In this document: positions 1 to 8,098 of the stretch, in pieces
Numbering within the stretch: the stretch's first letter is position 1
How the letters are laid out: every line of letters begins with the position of its first letter
Assembly (NCBI GenBank): GCA_965204745.1
Contig: OZ242010.1
Span: 3,872,001 to 3,936,000, forward strand
Length of the DNA stretch: 64,000 nt
Origin: Candidatus Latescibacterota bacterium
GTDB taxonomy: Bacteria > Latescibacterota > UBA2968
Direction of reading: 5' to 3'
Position numbers and translations under genes: made by a program
Notes under the pieces: model-generated
Databases searched by the model: none
Told to the model about the DNA's origin: nothing
The model's input: only the letters and a program-made list of their open reading frames with translations

Positions 1-491
1 CGGTCTTGTGCGACAATGTGCAGTTTAGTGCCGTAATACCACATCTTTTTGGAAGCGCACCGGCCTTTGTTGGCCAGTTGTTCTTCGGCCACACATGCCT
101 TTCCGCTACGTGCCGATTGTGCCATAACAATCGGCATGGAATCCACCCTGTAGGTGTGTTCAGAGACATCGGTTGCGGGACTGTCCTTTTGGATCTGTTC
201 AATCAATGGGGCGAAGACCACACACAAACGGTTCAACCGCTGGATATAGCCTGCATAAGTGGGCAGATGGGGAAACCAGTCGGAAAGATGATCCTTGGTA
301 TAGGTATAAATCGCCTTGATCTGCGTGTGTTGTTGCATGATCCCAAACAGATAGATCGTCAGCACTTCTTCATCTGTGAAGGTCGGCGTATCGTTATTAC
401 TCATGCGTTGTGTATAAAACCACAGATGCTTTTGGTCATACTGCTGACAAATATAGACATACAAGTGAATGAGTTTATCTTGCCAATCCAT
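1..491 (-). CDS. IS982-family transposase, N-terminal part (runs off window edge)
   Basis: Manual minus-strand translation from ATG at 491 (RBS GGAAGGAG): MDWQDKLIHLYVYICQQY...FTDEEVLTIYLFG...WFPHLPTY...RLNR...CASKKMWYYGTKLH, which carries typical IS982 motifs. Not in the ORF track because the stop lies outside the window. Confidence 0.8.
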   Translation of the reverse strand, partial: MDWQDKLIHLYVYICQQYDQKHLWFYTQRMSNNDTPTFTDEEVLTIYLFGIMQQHTQIKAIYTYTKDHLSDWFPHLPTYAGYIQRLNRLCVVFAPLIEQIQKDSPATDVSEHTYRVDSMPIVMAQSARSGKACVAEEQLANKGRCASKKMWYYGTKLHIVAQD

Positions 492-565
492 CGCGTGCTC
501 CTTCCTTTAAGGGTGAAATGGTTGAGCCCTCAAGAAAAGACAAGTACGCGATGGATTCAACTCTT

Positions 566-1646
566 AATAGGACTTACGCAAAAAAGAACGGGACGCCCCC
601 CATCCTCACATTGGAGGTCTGTATGGCGAAACCAACGCGCCTGGATTACTGCCAGTATTGCTTAGTAGTCCGCACAACTATACCCTGACTCATTTCGCAG
701 ATCACAGCGACCAGTTCACGCATGATATGCTCAACCGCACGCTGAGTGGGGATCGCGTCTCGCCGCGTGAGATCTGGAAAAACGTCAAACCCCACCTCAC
801 GTCGACCGCAAAGGGCGTGGTTCTCTTTGATGATACGGTCCAAGACAAGCGCTATGCGAAAAAGATGGCCCTCGTGCGTCGGCAATACAGTGGCAATGCG
901 AAGGGGGTCATCAATGGGATCGGTGTGGTGACATGTGTGTCTGTCAATCCGGTTACCGATCCGTTTTGGTTGATTGACTCTCGCATTTACGACCCAGAAG
1001 GGGACGGAAAAACCAAGTTAGACCCCGTCAAAGAGATGTTGTCACTCTTGGTCTATCACAAAAAGCTGCCTTTTGATCGGGTCGTGATGGATACTTGGTA
1101 TGCCACCAAAGCGGTCATGCTTCACATTGAGCACTTGCAAAAGACCTATTCCTGTCCTATTAAAAAGAATCGCCTCGTGGACGATTCGGCAGGTGAAAAC
1201 CCCTATCAACGGGTCGATGCCTTAACTTGGACAAAACGCGAACAGGCCACAGGAAAACGCATGAAACTCAGAGGGTTCCCCAAAAACCATAAGGTGAACG
1301 TATTCCGGGTTGCATCTCCTACGGGACGCACGGCGTATATCGTAACCAACGACTTGACGCAAACCGACCCGTCGGTGGCACAAGAGGTGTGCCACTTGCG
1401 TTGGAAGATTGAGCAAGTTCACCGGGAAGCAAAACAGGTAACGGGGCTTGAAAAGTGTCAATGCCGATTGGCACGCATTGTGCGAAACCACATTGCGTGT
1501 GCCTTTCTCGTTTGGGGACGACTGACCCAAGTCGCCCATCAGACCGGACAAACCATCTCTCAAGTCAAACATGGCTTATGGGAGGACTATTTGAGACAAC
1601 AACTCAAAACACCGGCGATACCAATGACCCTGGCGTAAGTCCTATT
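566..1646 (+). mobile_element. IS701-family insertion sequence
   Basis: 14-bp terminal inverted repeats AATAGGACTTACGC (566-579) / GCGTAAGTCCTATT (1633-1646) enclose a DDE transposase. Confidence 0.85.
623..1638 (+). pseudogene. IS701-family transposase, apparent 1-bp frameshift near 657
   Basis: GGAGG then ATG at 623 gives MAKPTRLDYCQY, out of frame with ORF 658..1638 (LFDDTVQDK, VMDTWY, RWKIEQVHRE...CQCR). A sequencing error is possible. Confidence 0.7.
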
Positions 1647-1767
1647 TAATATTTTGGCGGAGTTCGTCGAGGGTGTCGCCTTGGGTGTGGATGCCGTATC
1701 CCAGGGCACTGGCGGCGTATCCACCGTCGAGTTCGTCCTCGGTGACTTCAAAGATGATTTCGGCCAT
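1642..1767 (-). pseudogene. HicB-like antitoxin fragment truncated by IS701
   Basis: Manual translation MAEIIFEVTEDELDGGYAASALGYGIHTQGDTLDELRQNIK*; the stop codon lies inside the IS701 inverted repeat. Confidence 0.65.
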
Positions 1768-1832
1768 GGCGATTCTTTCTGCTATGGTTATGCGAATGAA
1801 TTTTGAATGGTCAACCCCTGTATCTGAACCCT

Positions 1833-2225
1833 CTAAAGCAGTACCACACCCTCAAGCTGTGACGCCTCTCTATCAAAGGTGTACAGGGGATTGGCCCCGG
1901 ATCGTTCGGCGGCGGCGAGAATCATCAGGTCGGAAAACCCCGCGCCGCCCATCCGGTAGCGGGATGTTGCATGGATAACATCGCCGGTTGCCTCAATGAC
2001 GAGTCCCTCAGTCACGACCAACTCTTCTAATATCGTCGCGACTTGGTCACGGGAATAGCCGTAAGCGCGTTCCAGCACCCAGACGAGTTCAACGGCAACC
2101 TCACGACAGATATAGCCGGGACGGTCTTCTGTAAGCGATTCCATTAAAGCACGGGCTGTCTCCGCCTGCGCGATGTCATCGCGTACCAAATAGCGGACGA
2201 GGACATTGGTATCGAGCGCGATCAT
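1833..2225 (-). CDS. vapC: VapC-family PIN-domain toxin
   Basis: MIALDTNVLVRYL, E in AVELVWVL, GFSD, YTFD; ATGA overlap with the upstream antitoxin. Confidence 0.9.
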   Translation of the reverse strand: MIALDTNVLVRYLVRDDIAQAETARALMESLTEDRPGYICREVAVELVWVLERAYGYSRDQVATILEELVVTEGLVIEATGDVIHATSRYRMGGAGFSDLMILAAAERSGANPLYTFDREASQLEGVVLL

Positions 2226-2479
2226 GCTTCAGAAATTCCTTCGGCAATGGCCTGCTCCATCTCCTCCACACTGATAGGGGGGCCGTCATAGGGGAGCGCG
2301 CCAAACAGCCGACTGATCGGGAGCACCGGCACAATTTGTACTGTGCTATCGGCAATGAAGTAACGCACGCGATCCCCTGCCTTCAAGCCAAGTGCCTCCA
2401 GCACAGGCTTGGGGAGTGTCGTCTGTCCTTGCCCTGTCACGCGGGATTCGATATTCCGGGTCATGTCTTTCACGATCAC
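2222..2479 (-). CDS. AbrB/MazE/SpoVT-type antitoxin (start may be GTG 2473)
   Basis: SRVTGQGQTTLPKPVLEALGLKAGDRV motif; coupled to the PIN toxin. Confidence 0.88.
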   Translation of the reverse strand: MIVKDMTRNIESRVTGQGQTTLPKPVLEALGLKAGDRVRYFIADSTVQIVPVLPISRLFGALPYDGPPISVEEMEQAIAEGISEA

Positions 2480-2501
2480 CTCCGTTGAACGTCATCATTC
2501 A

Positions 2502-2576
2502 TCAAGCGCGATTCTTTCTGCTATGGTTACGCGAATGGATGCGGACATTGGTATCAAAAAAGTTTTCAACGCTCAT
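2502..2576 (-). pseudogene. Truncated PIN toxin N-terminus
   Basis: MSVENFFDTNV... overlaps the end of the upstream antitoxin, then runs into a repeated 30-bp motif and stops. Confidence 0.55.
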
Positions 2577-2808
2577 TCATTTCCTCCCGCGTCAATTTGC
2601 GTCCGACGAGAAGTTTGCCTTGCAATTTACGCATGACTTTCATGGCTTCGGCGGCTTGATTTTCGCGTTGAACGCAGTCGCCGTTGCGCTGAACGTAGTC
2701 TTTTAGCCACACCTGAAATTGCTCGTTTAAGGTCGTGCGGTTCGCCGTAGCGCATCGGTGTGCGGATGCGATCAAGTTCGCGTCGGCATGCAGGGTAATG
2801 GCTTTCAC
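2566..2808 (-). CDS. Putative ribbon-helix-helix antitoxin (DUF6364-like)
   Basis: GTG start after AGGAG; KAITLHADANLIASA...TTLN...; C-terminal KLTREEMNER is typical of PIN-partner antitoxins. Confidence 0.65.
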   Translation of the reverse strand: MKAITLHADANLIASAHRCATANRTTLNEQFQVWLKDYVQRNGDCVQRENQAAEAMKVMRKLQGKLLVGRKLTREEMNER

Positions 2809-2840
2809 GGGTTCTCTCCTTCGCGCTAAGGGCGTTCGCG

Positions 2841-3581
2841 TCAACGTGAAACGGATTCGGGATTGGGGGTAGCGTCGATGGGTTGTAAGAACGTGTGGAT
2901 GCCGCACTCGGTTTTGGATGTGCCTGCCCAGCGACCTGCACGTTCATCTGTGTTGGCATCGACGGCTTTTGTGCAGGGCCAGCAGCCGATGGTGGCGTAG
3001 CCCTGATCCATCAAGGGATTGTACGGCAAGGCGTGTTCGAGAATATAATCCCACACTTGTTTGCGCGTCCACGGCGCCATGGGGTTGAGTTTGAGCAAGG
3101 CGCGACCGTCTGTTTCGTAGTATTCCAGAATGGGAATTTGGCTGCGGGTATCGCCTTGATCGCGGCGGCGGCTGTTGATCCAGCCGTTCAGTTCGGACAA
3201 TTTGCGTTGCAATGGCTCGACTTTTCGCAACCAGCAACAGCGGTCCGCGTCGCGCTTGTAGAGTTCCGGGCCGTAATCGTGGGCTTGCTCTTCCACGGTC
3301 AAACGGGAATACACGCGCTCGATTTTGATGGCGTAGCGCGCTTCCACGCGGTCGATCAAATGCAGGGTTTCGGGAAACAGAAACCCCGTATCAATGGTAA
3401 ATACGGGGATTTGCGGCGCGACCTTTTGCATCGCGTCGAGCAAGACCATGCCACTCGCGCCGAATGCCGTGCCAAATGCCACGCGCTCGCCCAGCGTTTC
3501 CCAGGCCCAAGTCAAGATGTCTTCCAAGGGTGCGGTTTCAAACGCTTGGGATTGCGCGATCAATTTTTTTCGGGTAATCAC
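2841..3581 (-). CDS. cysH: Phosphoadenylyl-sulfate (PAPS/APS) reductase
   Basis: IDTGFLFPET, CC..RKVEPL, GYATIGCWPCT, ERAGRW, KTECGIH motifs. Confidence 0.93.
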   Translation of the reverse strand: MITRKKLIAQSQAFETAPLEDILTWAWETLGERVAFGTAFGASGMVLLDAMQKVAPQIPVFTIDTGFLFPETLHLIDRVEARYAIKIERVYSRLTVEEQAHDYGPELYKRDADRCCWLRKVEPLQRKLSELNGWINSRRRDQGDTRSQIPILEYYETDGRALLKLNPMAPWTRKQVWDYILEHALPYNPLMDQGYATIGCWPCTKAVDANTDERAGRWAGTSKTECGIHTFLQPIDATPNPESVSR

Positions 3582-3613
3582 ACGCTTCTCCTCTGCTCGA
3601 GTTGTCGATGCAC

Positions 3614-3642
3614 AATATATTTAATCCCATGTACGATGTCAA
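3614..3642 (-). promoter_or_regulatory. Sigma70-like promoter for cysH
   Basis: Minus strand TTGACA-17 nt-TATATT upstream of the cysH start. Confidence 0.65.
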
Positions 3643-3714
3643 GGTGGGGCAAGTCACAGCAACGCGCTTGACCTTTGAAAAACAATGTACTAAATTTATC
3701 GCCTGCTATCGAAA

Positions 3715-3750
3715 AACAAAAAAGCCCTGAAATCGCTGCGATTCAGGGCT
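3715..3750 (-). terminator. Rho-independent terminator after tRNA-Lys
   Basis: AGCCCTGAA...TTCAGGGCT hairpin followed by a U-run on the minus strand. Confidence 0.7.
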
Positions 3751-3760
3751 GTGATGGGTA

Positions 3761-3836
3761 TGGTGAGCGCGGCAGGATTCGAACCTGCGACCCACGGCTT
3801 AAAAGGCCGTTGCTCTACCGCCTGAGCTACGCGCCC
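3761..3836 (-). tRNA. tRNA-Lys(TTT)
   Basis: GGGCGCGTAGCTCAG...CTTTTAA anticodon loop...GGTTCGAATCC...ACCA; 76 nt with encoded CCA. Confidence 0.97.
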
Positions 3837-3859
3837 ATCTGATTTTTTCGGGAAGTGCG

Positions 3860-3888
3860 AATATAGATGTTCTCGCGAGATCTGTCAA
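3860..3888 (-). promoter_or_regulatory. Sigma70-like promoter for tRNA-Lys
   Basis: Minus strand TTGACA-17 nt-TATATT. Confidence 0.7.
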
Positions 3889-3910
3889 GGAAAAGGATGG
3901 AGAAAATCCC

Positions 3911-4990
3911 ATGATGCGCCGCCGCAGGAAAAACCGAATTTACAAATGGTTGTTGTGGATCGTCGGGGTGATCGGAACCCTTGTGCTCGCGCTCGCGCTG
4001 ATCCAAATCGACGATATCGTCATGGCCCAAGGCATTGTCGAACCCGGGGACAAGGTCTATATCGACTCGCCCATGAGCCGCGTGTTGCACGAAGTCTTTG
4101 TCGAACCCGGAGACTCGGTGACAGTGGGCCAACCCGTCGCCCAACTGTACGATGGGGATTTGAAAGCCACGGCGACAACCGCCGAACAGGAAATCAAACG
4201 GGAAATCGCCAACCTCGAAGCCGCGCGCGCCCAACTCGCCCTGTTGCGCGAAAAGCCCACGCAGGAAGAACTCAGGATCGCGGAATCGCGCGTGGAGCAA
4301 GCGCGCATCAGCCTCACGGCGCGGCAGCAAGAGCTCAAACGCGCCGAGGCCCTGTACCAAGGGCAACGTATCTTCAGCCAAGAGGACTACGAGCGCGCAC
4401 AGACCAATTACGACCTCGCGGCGGCCAACCTCAAGGTGGCAAACGAAAATCTCAACTTGGTGCGGCGCGGCCCCTTGGCTTCGGAAATTCAACATGTGGA
4501 AGCCACAGTGCGCCAAACCCAAGCCGCATTGGACAAGGCAAAACACAACAGCGAAGCGGCCCGCGAAGCGTTTGAACGCGCGACCATGCGCTCGCCGGTC
4601 AATGGCGTGGTGGTGCGCCAAGACCTGTACCCGGGCATGCAGGCCAATCAGGGCGCCATTGTCATGATCATCGCAGGCGAGGGCGAGGGCGTGGTGATCG
4701 ACGCGTGGATGCCCGAGACCAGTGCTTGGAAGGTGCTACCCGGGCAATCCGTGGAAATTTTGAGCAATCTGTTCACGGACCGCGAGGGCTTTCTCGGTCA
4801 GGGCGAGGTGTCCGAGGTTCACGGGTACGCGATTCACGAAGGCGGGGTTCGCACGTTTGCGTTGGAGGTCGCGGTCGAGCAGGCGCCCATTTCCCTGAGC
4901 TTTGGCTCCACCGCTGATTTGCGGATCTACGTGGGCAAGCGCAGCATTTTGCAGACGGTACTGGGGTGGGATAGCGCGGTTCAAGAGTAG
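3911..4990 (+). CDS. HlyD-family efflux periplasmic adaptor
   Basis: N-terminal TM helix, lipoyl half-motifs (VEPGDSVTVGQP; MRSPVNGVV), long coiled coil. Confidence 0.85.
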   Translation: MMRRRRKNRIYKWLLWIVGVIGTLVLALALIQIDDIVMAQGIVEPGDKVYIDSPMSRVLHEVFVEPGDSVTVGQPVAQLYDGDLKATATTAEQEIKREIANLEAARAQLALLREKPTQEELRIAESRVEQARISLTARQQELKRAEALYQGQRIFSQEDYERAQTNYDLAAANLKVANENLNLVRRGPLASEIQHVEATVRQTQAALDKAKHNSEAAREAFERATMRSPVNGVVVRQDLYPGMQANQGAIVMIIAGEGEGVVIDAWMPETSAWKVLPGQSVEILSNLFTDREGFLGQGEVSEVHGYAIHEGGVRTFALEVAVEQAPISLSFGSTADLRIYVGKRSILQTVLGWDSAVQE

Positions 4991-5065
4991 TCAGTGGTCA
5001 GTGGTCAGTCCGCCCCCCCCCCATCACCCATAGGGACAGGCACAGGGGCCTGTCCTCAGTCAGTG

Positions 5066-5342
5066 ATGCGAATTAAGAGTTGAATCCATCGCGTACTTGT
5101 CTTTAATTATTGGGACCTACCCCCCTAACCCCCGTTACTCGCTTCGTTGTAGGCTACGCCTGTGCCTGCGAGGAAGGGGGAATAACATCTCTCCGTTGCG
5201 GGGATGAGCCGGAGGAGGGGACATCGTTTTTTAAGACTAGTTCTAAGGGGCGATCCTATAATGGATGAGTCGTTCATGTCTTTAGACGATTGGTTGCGGC
5301 TTGCTTCTTACTTCTTACTCGCTTTCTACTCTTAATTCGCAT
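5066..5342. mobile_element. MITE related to the IS982 end
   Basis: 15-bp TIR ATGCGAATTAAGAGT/ACTCTTAATTCGCAT. Its first ~35 bp are the reverse complement of the IS982 end at ~536-568. Internal GGGACCTACCCCC...GGAAGGGGG palindromic unit. Confidence 0.75.
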
Positions 5343-5351
5343 TTTTAACCA

Positions 5352-6641
5352 ATGACCCTCATGCATTCAGAAAACGAAATCACATCTCGAGACGCGCTTT
5401 GCGACTGGCAGTTGAAACGCTTGCGGAGCCTGCTGTGCGCGGTCTTGGCGGACAATGCGTTTTACCGCGAAAAGCTCACGCGGGCGGGCATTCGGCGGGC
5501 AGAAGACATCCAAACCATCGCGGACTATCGCCAACTGCCCTTCACCACCAAAGCGGAATTGTCCGCGGATCAAGCGGCGCATCCGCCCTACGGCAACAAC
5601 CTCACGTTCCCGGCAGAACACTACCTCCGCCTCCATCAAACATCCGGCACCGCCGGCAACCCCTTGCGCTGGTTGGACACGGAAAGCAGTTGGGCGTGGT
5701 TTGCGCGTTGCTGGCTCCCGGTGTATCGCGGGGCGGGCGTAACCGCAAATGACACCGTGTTTTTTGCGTTTTCATTCGGCCCGTTCATCGGGTTCTGGTC
5801 CGCATTTGAAGCGGCCCGCTTGATGGGCGCGTTGTCGATCTCTGGCGGGGCCATGTCCTCCATCCAACGCCTGCAAGCGATTCGGGATCACGAGGCCACC
5901 GTGCTCATCTCCACGCCCACTTATGCCCTGCATCTCGCAGAAGTGGCCCATGCCGAAGGCATCGACATCGCCAACAGCAGCATTCACACCACCATTCACG
6001 CGGGCGAACCGGGCGCGGGATTGCCCGCAACCAAAGCGCGCATCGAACAGGCATGGGGCGCGCGGTGTTACGACCATGCAGGGGCCACAGAAGTGGGCGC
6101 GTGGGGATTTGAATGCGCGTTGCAAAATGGCATGCACATCAACGAGCGCGAATTTATCTGCGAAGTGATCGACCCCAACACCGGCGAACACGCGCTTGAA
6201 GGCGAACTCGCGATCACCAATTTGGGACGCATCGGCATGCCCGTCATCCGCTACCGCACGGGAGACCGCATCCACCTAAACCCCGAACCCTGCGCGTGTG
6301 GCTCTGTTTTCTCGCGTCTGATAGGCGGCGTGATCGGGCGCATCGACGATGCCGTGATCATCCGAGGCGTGAATGTCTATCCCAGTACCATCGAAAATAT
6401 CGTGCGGAGTTTTCCCGAGGTCGCGGAATTTGCCGTGGATATTTACCGCCGCAGCGAAATGGACGACATGGAAATCCGCTTGGAACTCAACGGCGGGCCG
6501 CAAGGGTCGGTTGCCGATGCCATCGTCCGCGAAGTGCGCCACATCTTGGGCATTCGCGCGGGCGTTCAAACCGTACCGCCCAATACCCTTCCGAGATTCG
6601 AACTCAAGGCGCGGCGATTCAATGATCATAGAGAGAGGTGA
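5352..6641 (+). CDS. Phenylacetate-CoA ligase family (PaaK-like) adenylating enzyme
   Basis: HQTSGTAGNP, AGEPG, IRYRTGD, GRIDD, RGVNVYP motifs. Confidence 0.88.
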   Translation: MTLMHSENEITSRDALCDWQLKRLRSLLCAVLADNAFYREKLTRAGIRRAEDIQTIADYRQLPFTTKAELSADQAAHPPYGNNLTFPAEHYLRLHQTSGTAGNPLRWLDTESSWAWFARCWLPVYRGAGVTANDTVFFAFSFGPFIGFWSAFEAARLMGALSISGGAMSSIQRLQAIRDHEATVLISTPTYALHLAEVAHAEGIDIANSSIHTTIHAGEPGAGLPATKARIEQAWGARCYDHAGATEVGAWGFECALQNGMHINEREFICEVIDPNTGEHALEGELAITNLGRIGMPVIRYRTGDRIHLNPEPCACGSVFSRLIGGVIGRIDDAVIIRGVNVYPSTIENIVRSFPEVAEFAVDIYRRSEMDDMEIRLELNGGPQGSVADAIVREVRHILGIRAGVQTVPPNTLPRFELKARRFNDHRER

Positions 6642-6716
6642 GAGGCAAGAGGTGAGAGGCGAAAAGCGCAAGAGGGGAGAGGCAAGAGGCAAGAGGCAAG
6701 ATACTCTCTTAAAAGG

Positions 6717-7724
6717 TCAAGGGGTTTTCGGGGTGATTCGATAGAATTTTTCGCCCTCAAAATCTTGGTCATGGCGCAACATGCCCCAGATCGAATGGAG
6801 CAACTTTCGCATCACCGCAACGATAGCCTGCAAAGGTTTCTTGCCGCGGGCGATGAGTTGGTCATAGAAGGCTTTGACATGGCCTTCGTGTCTGATGGCC
6901 ACCCAGGCAGGCATATAGAGGGCATGGCGGAGGTACTTATTCCCGGTTTTCGAGATGCGTCTTTGTGGATTGGCGGTTCCGGATTGTTTGGGTTTGGGAT
7001 CCAGGCCTGCATGTGCGACCCACTGGGGCGGTTGCATCTCCTCTGGCAAAAGGGTCAACTCGGCCAAGAGCCGCAAGGCACTCGTTTGCGCGATGCCAGG
7101 CGTCGAGCAGAGGCGTTGGTAGGCACGCTTGAGGGGCTCATCGTGCAAAACGAGATCGAGGGCTTGGCTTTCCAAGTATGCAATCCGGCGTTTGAAGTGT
7201 CGAATATTCACCTGAATATCGCGTGCGATGAGACGTGTGCTGCGGATGTGGTAGCTCTGCGCGTGGTTGCGGCTCTGTTCGCGGATGATCTCCTGCTTGA
7301 GTTGGTCAATGCGTCTGGTGAGGGCTTGCAGTTGAAGCCGTTGCTCGCTCGGCGCTTGCCAAGGCACAAAAGGCATGCGCTCGGCATAGTCGAGGATCAA
7401 CAACGCATCCTTCGCATCCGTCTTCGCCCGTTGCATGCAGGCTTGGGCGTACTTGCTCATCGCTTTGGGATTGACGACCATGACCTTTGTGTGGCGATGC
7501 CGATGCAAGGCCAAGGCCACCCCCAAACTGTAAAGCCCGGTCGCTTCGAGGCACACAGAGACCATGTGCCCGCCCTTCGTGAGCCACTTCAGCAACCGCT
7601 TATGCGCTTGGGGATCATTGGCAAAGGTCGCTTGCATGACAGCTTGTCCGGGTCTGGACAGGGCAACGGACAACGTGCGGGCACTGACATCAATGCCGGC
7701 AAAAGCGGGGTGAGATTTCGACAT
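6717..7724 (-). CDS. IS110-family DEDD recombinase/transposase
   Basis: GIDVS, LEATG, KTDAKDA (DEDD), PKQSG serine motif, GNKYLRHALY, AVMRKL; ATG 7724 follows AGGAGG. Confidence 0.95.
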   Translation of the reverse strand: MSKSHPAFAGIDVSARTLSVALSRPGQAVMQATFANDPQAHKRLLKWLTKGGHMVSVCLEATGLYSLGVALALHRHRHTKVMVVNPKAMSKYAQACMQRAKTDAKDALLILDYAERMPFVPWQAPSEQRLQLQALTRRIDQLKQEIIREQSRNHAQSYHIRSTRLIARDIQVNIRHFKRRIAYLESQALDLVLHDEPLKRAYQRLCSTPGIAQTSALRLLAELTLLPEEMQPPQWVAHAGLDPKPKQSGTANPQRRISKTGNKYLRHALYMPAWVAIRHEGHVKAFYDQLIARGKKPLQAIVAVMRKLLHSIWGMLRHDQDFEGEKFYRITPKTP

Positions 7725-7789
7725 GGGGGCCTCCTGTGATGAGGGGGTTGTAAGGGATCTGGTGCGCGCTCGGGGTCGCGTCCCGACCA

Positions 7790-7980
7790 TTGACGCCAAG
7801 TCTACCGGTCTTGTATATGCAGCCTCAAGGGGCTTAGATACTCTTCGGCATAGACCCGGCGGTCGGGGGGCCTATCTTACCTACAAGGTCATCGCCTTCA
7901 AGAGGGGCCGGCCTTCCCCGAGCCGGGCATCAAGATGGCTTATCTCGATACGAGGGCGCAACTCCTAATTAACCCTTACT
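7790..7980 (-). ncRNA. Predicted IS110 bridge RNA (copy 1)
   Basis: Two stem/internal-loop/hairpin modules with guide segments matching the target site (7899-7907, 7875-7882) and the donor junction (7836-7844, 7809-7816). Ends approximate. Confidence 0.85.
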
Positions 7981-8098
7981 TCCAAGATACAAGAGGGGAA
8001 AGGCGAAAAGCGAAAAGCGCAAGAGGGGAGAGGTAAGACGGAAGAGGGGAGATGGGAGTTTAGAGCGGGCCGCAGGATAAATTGTTAGGAATGTTGCT

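Larger units (their letters stand above)
6698..7994 (-). mobile_element. IS110-family element, copy 1
   Basis: Identical boundaries to copy 2; AAGA core repeated at 6698-6701 and 7991-7994; no TIRs. Confidence 0.93.

Noticed and set aside
6-665. 219-aa plus-strand ORF
   Set aside because: It is the antisense shadow of the IS982 transposase on the minus strand.
3761-3836. tRNA-Lys as integration site of a genomic island
   Set aside because: No integrase and no duplicated tRNA 3' end were seen in the window.
7725-7799. Longer N-terminus of the IS110 transposase, and the 81-aa ORF 7723-7968
   Set aside because: AGGAGG precedes ATG 7724; the upstream region is better explained as structured ncRNA.
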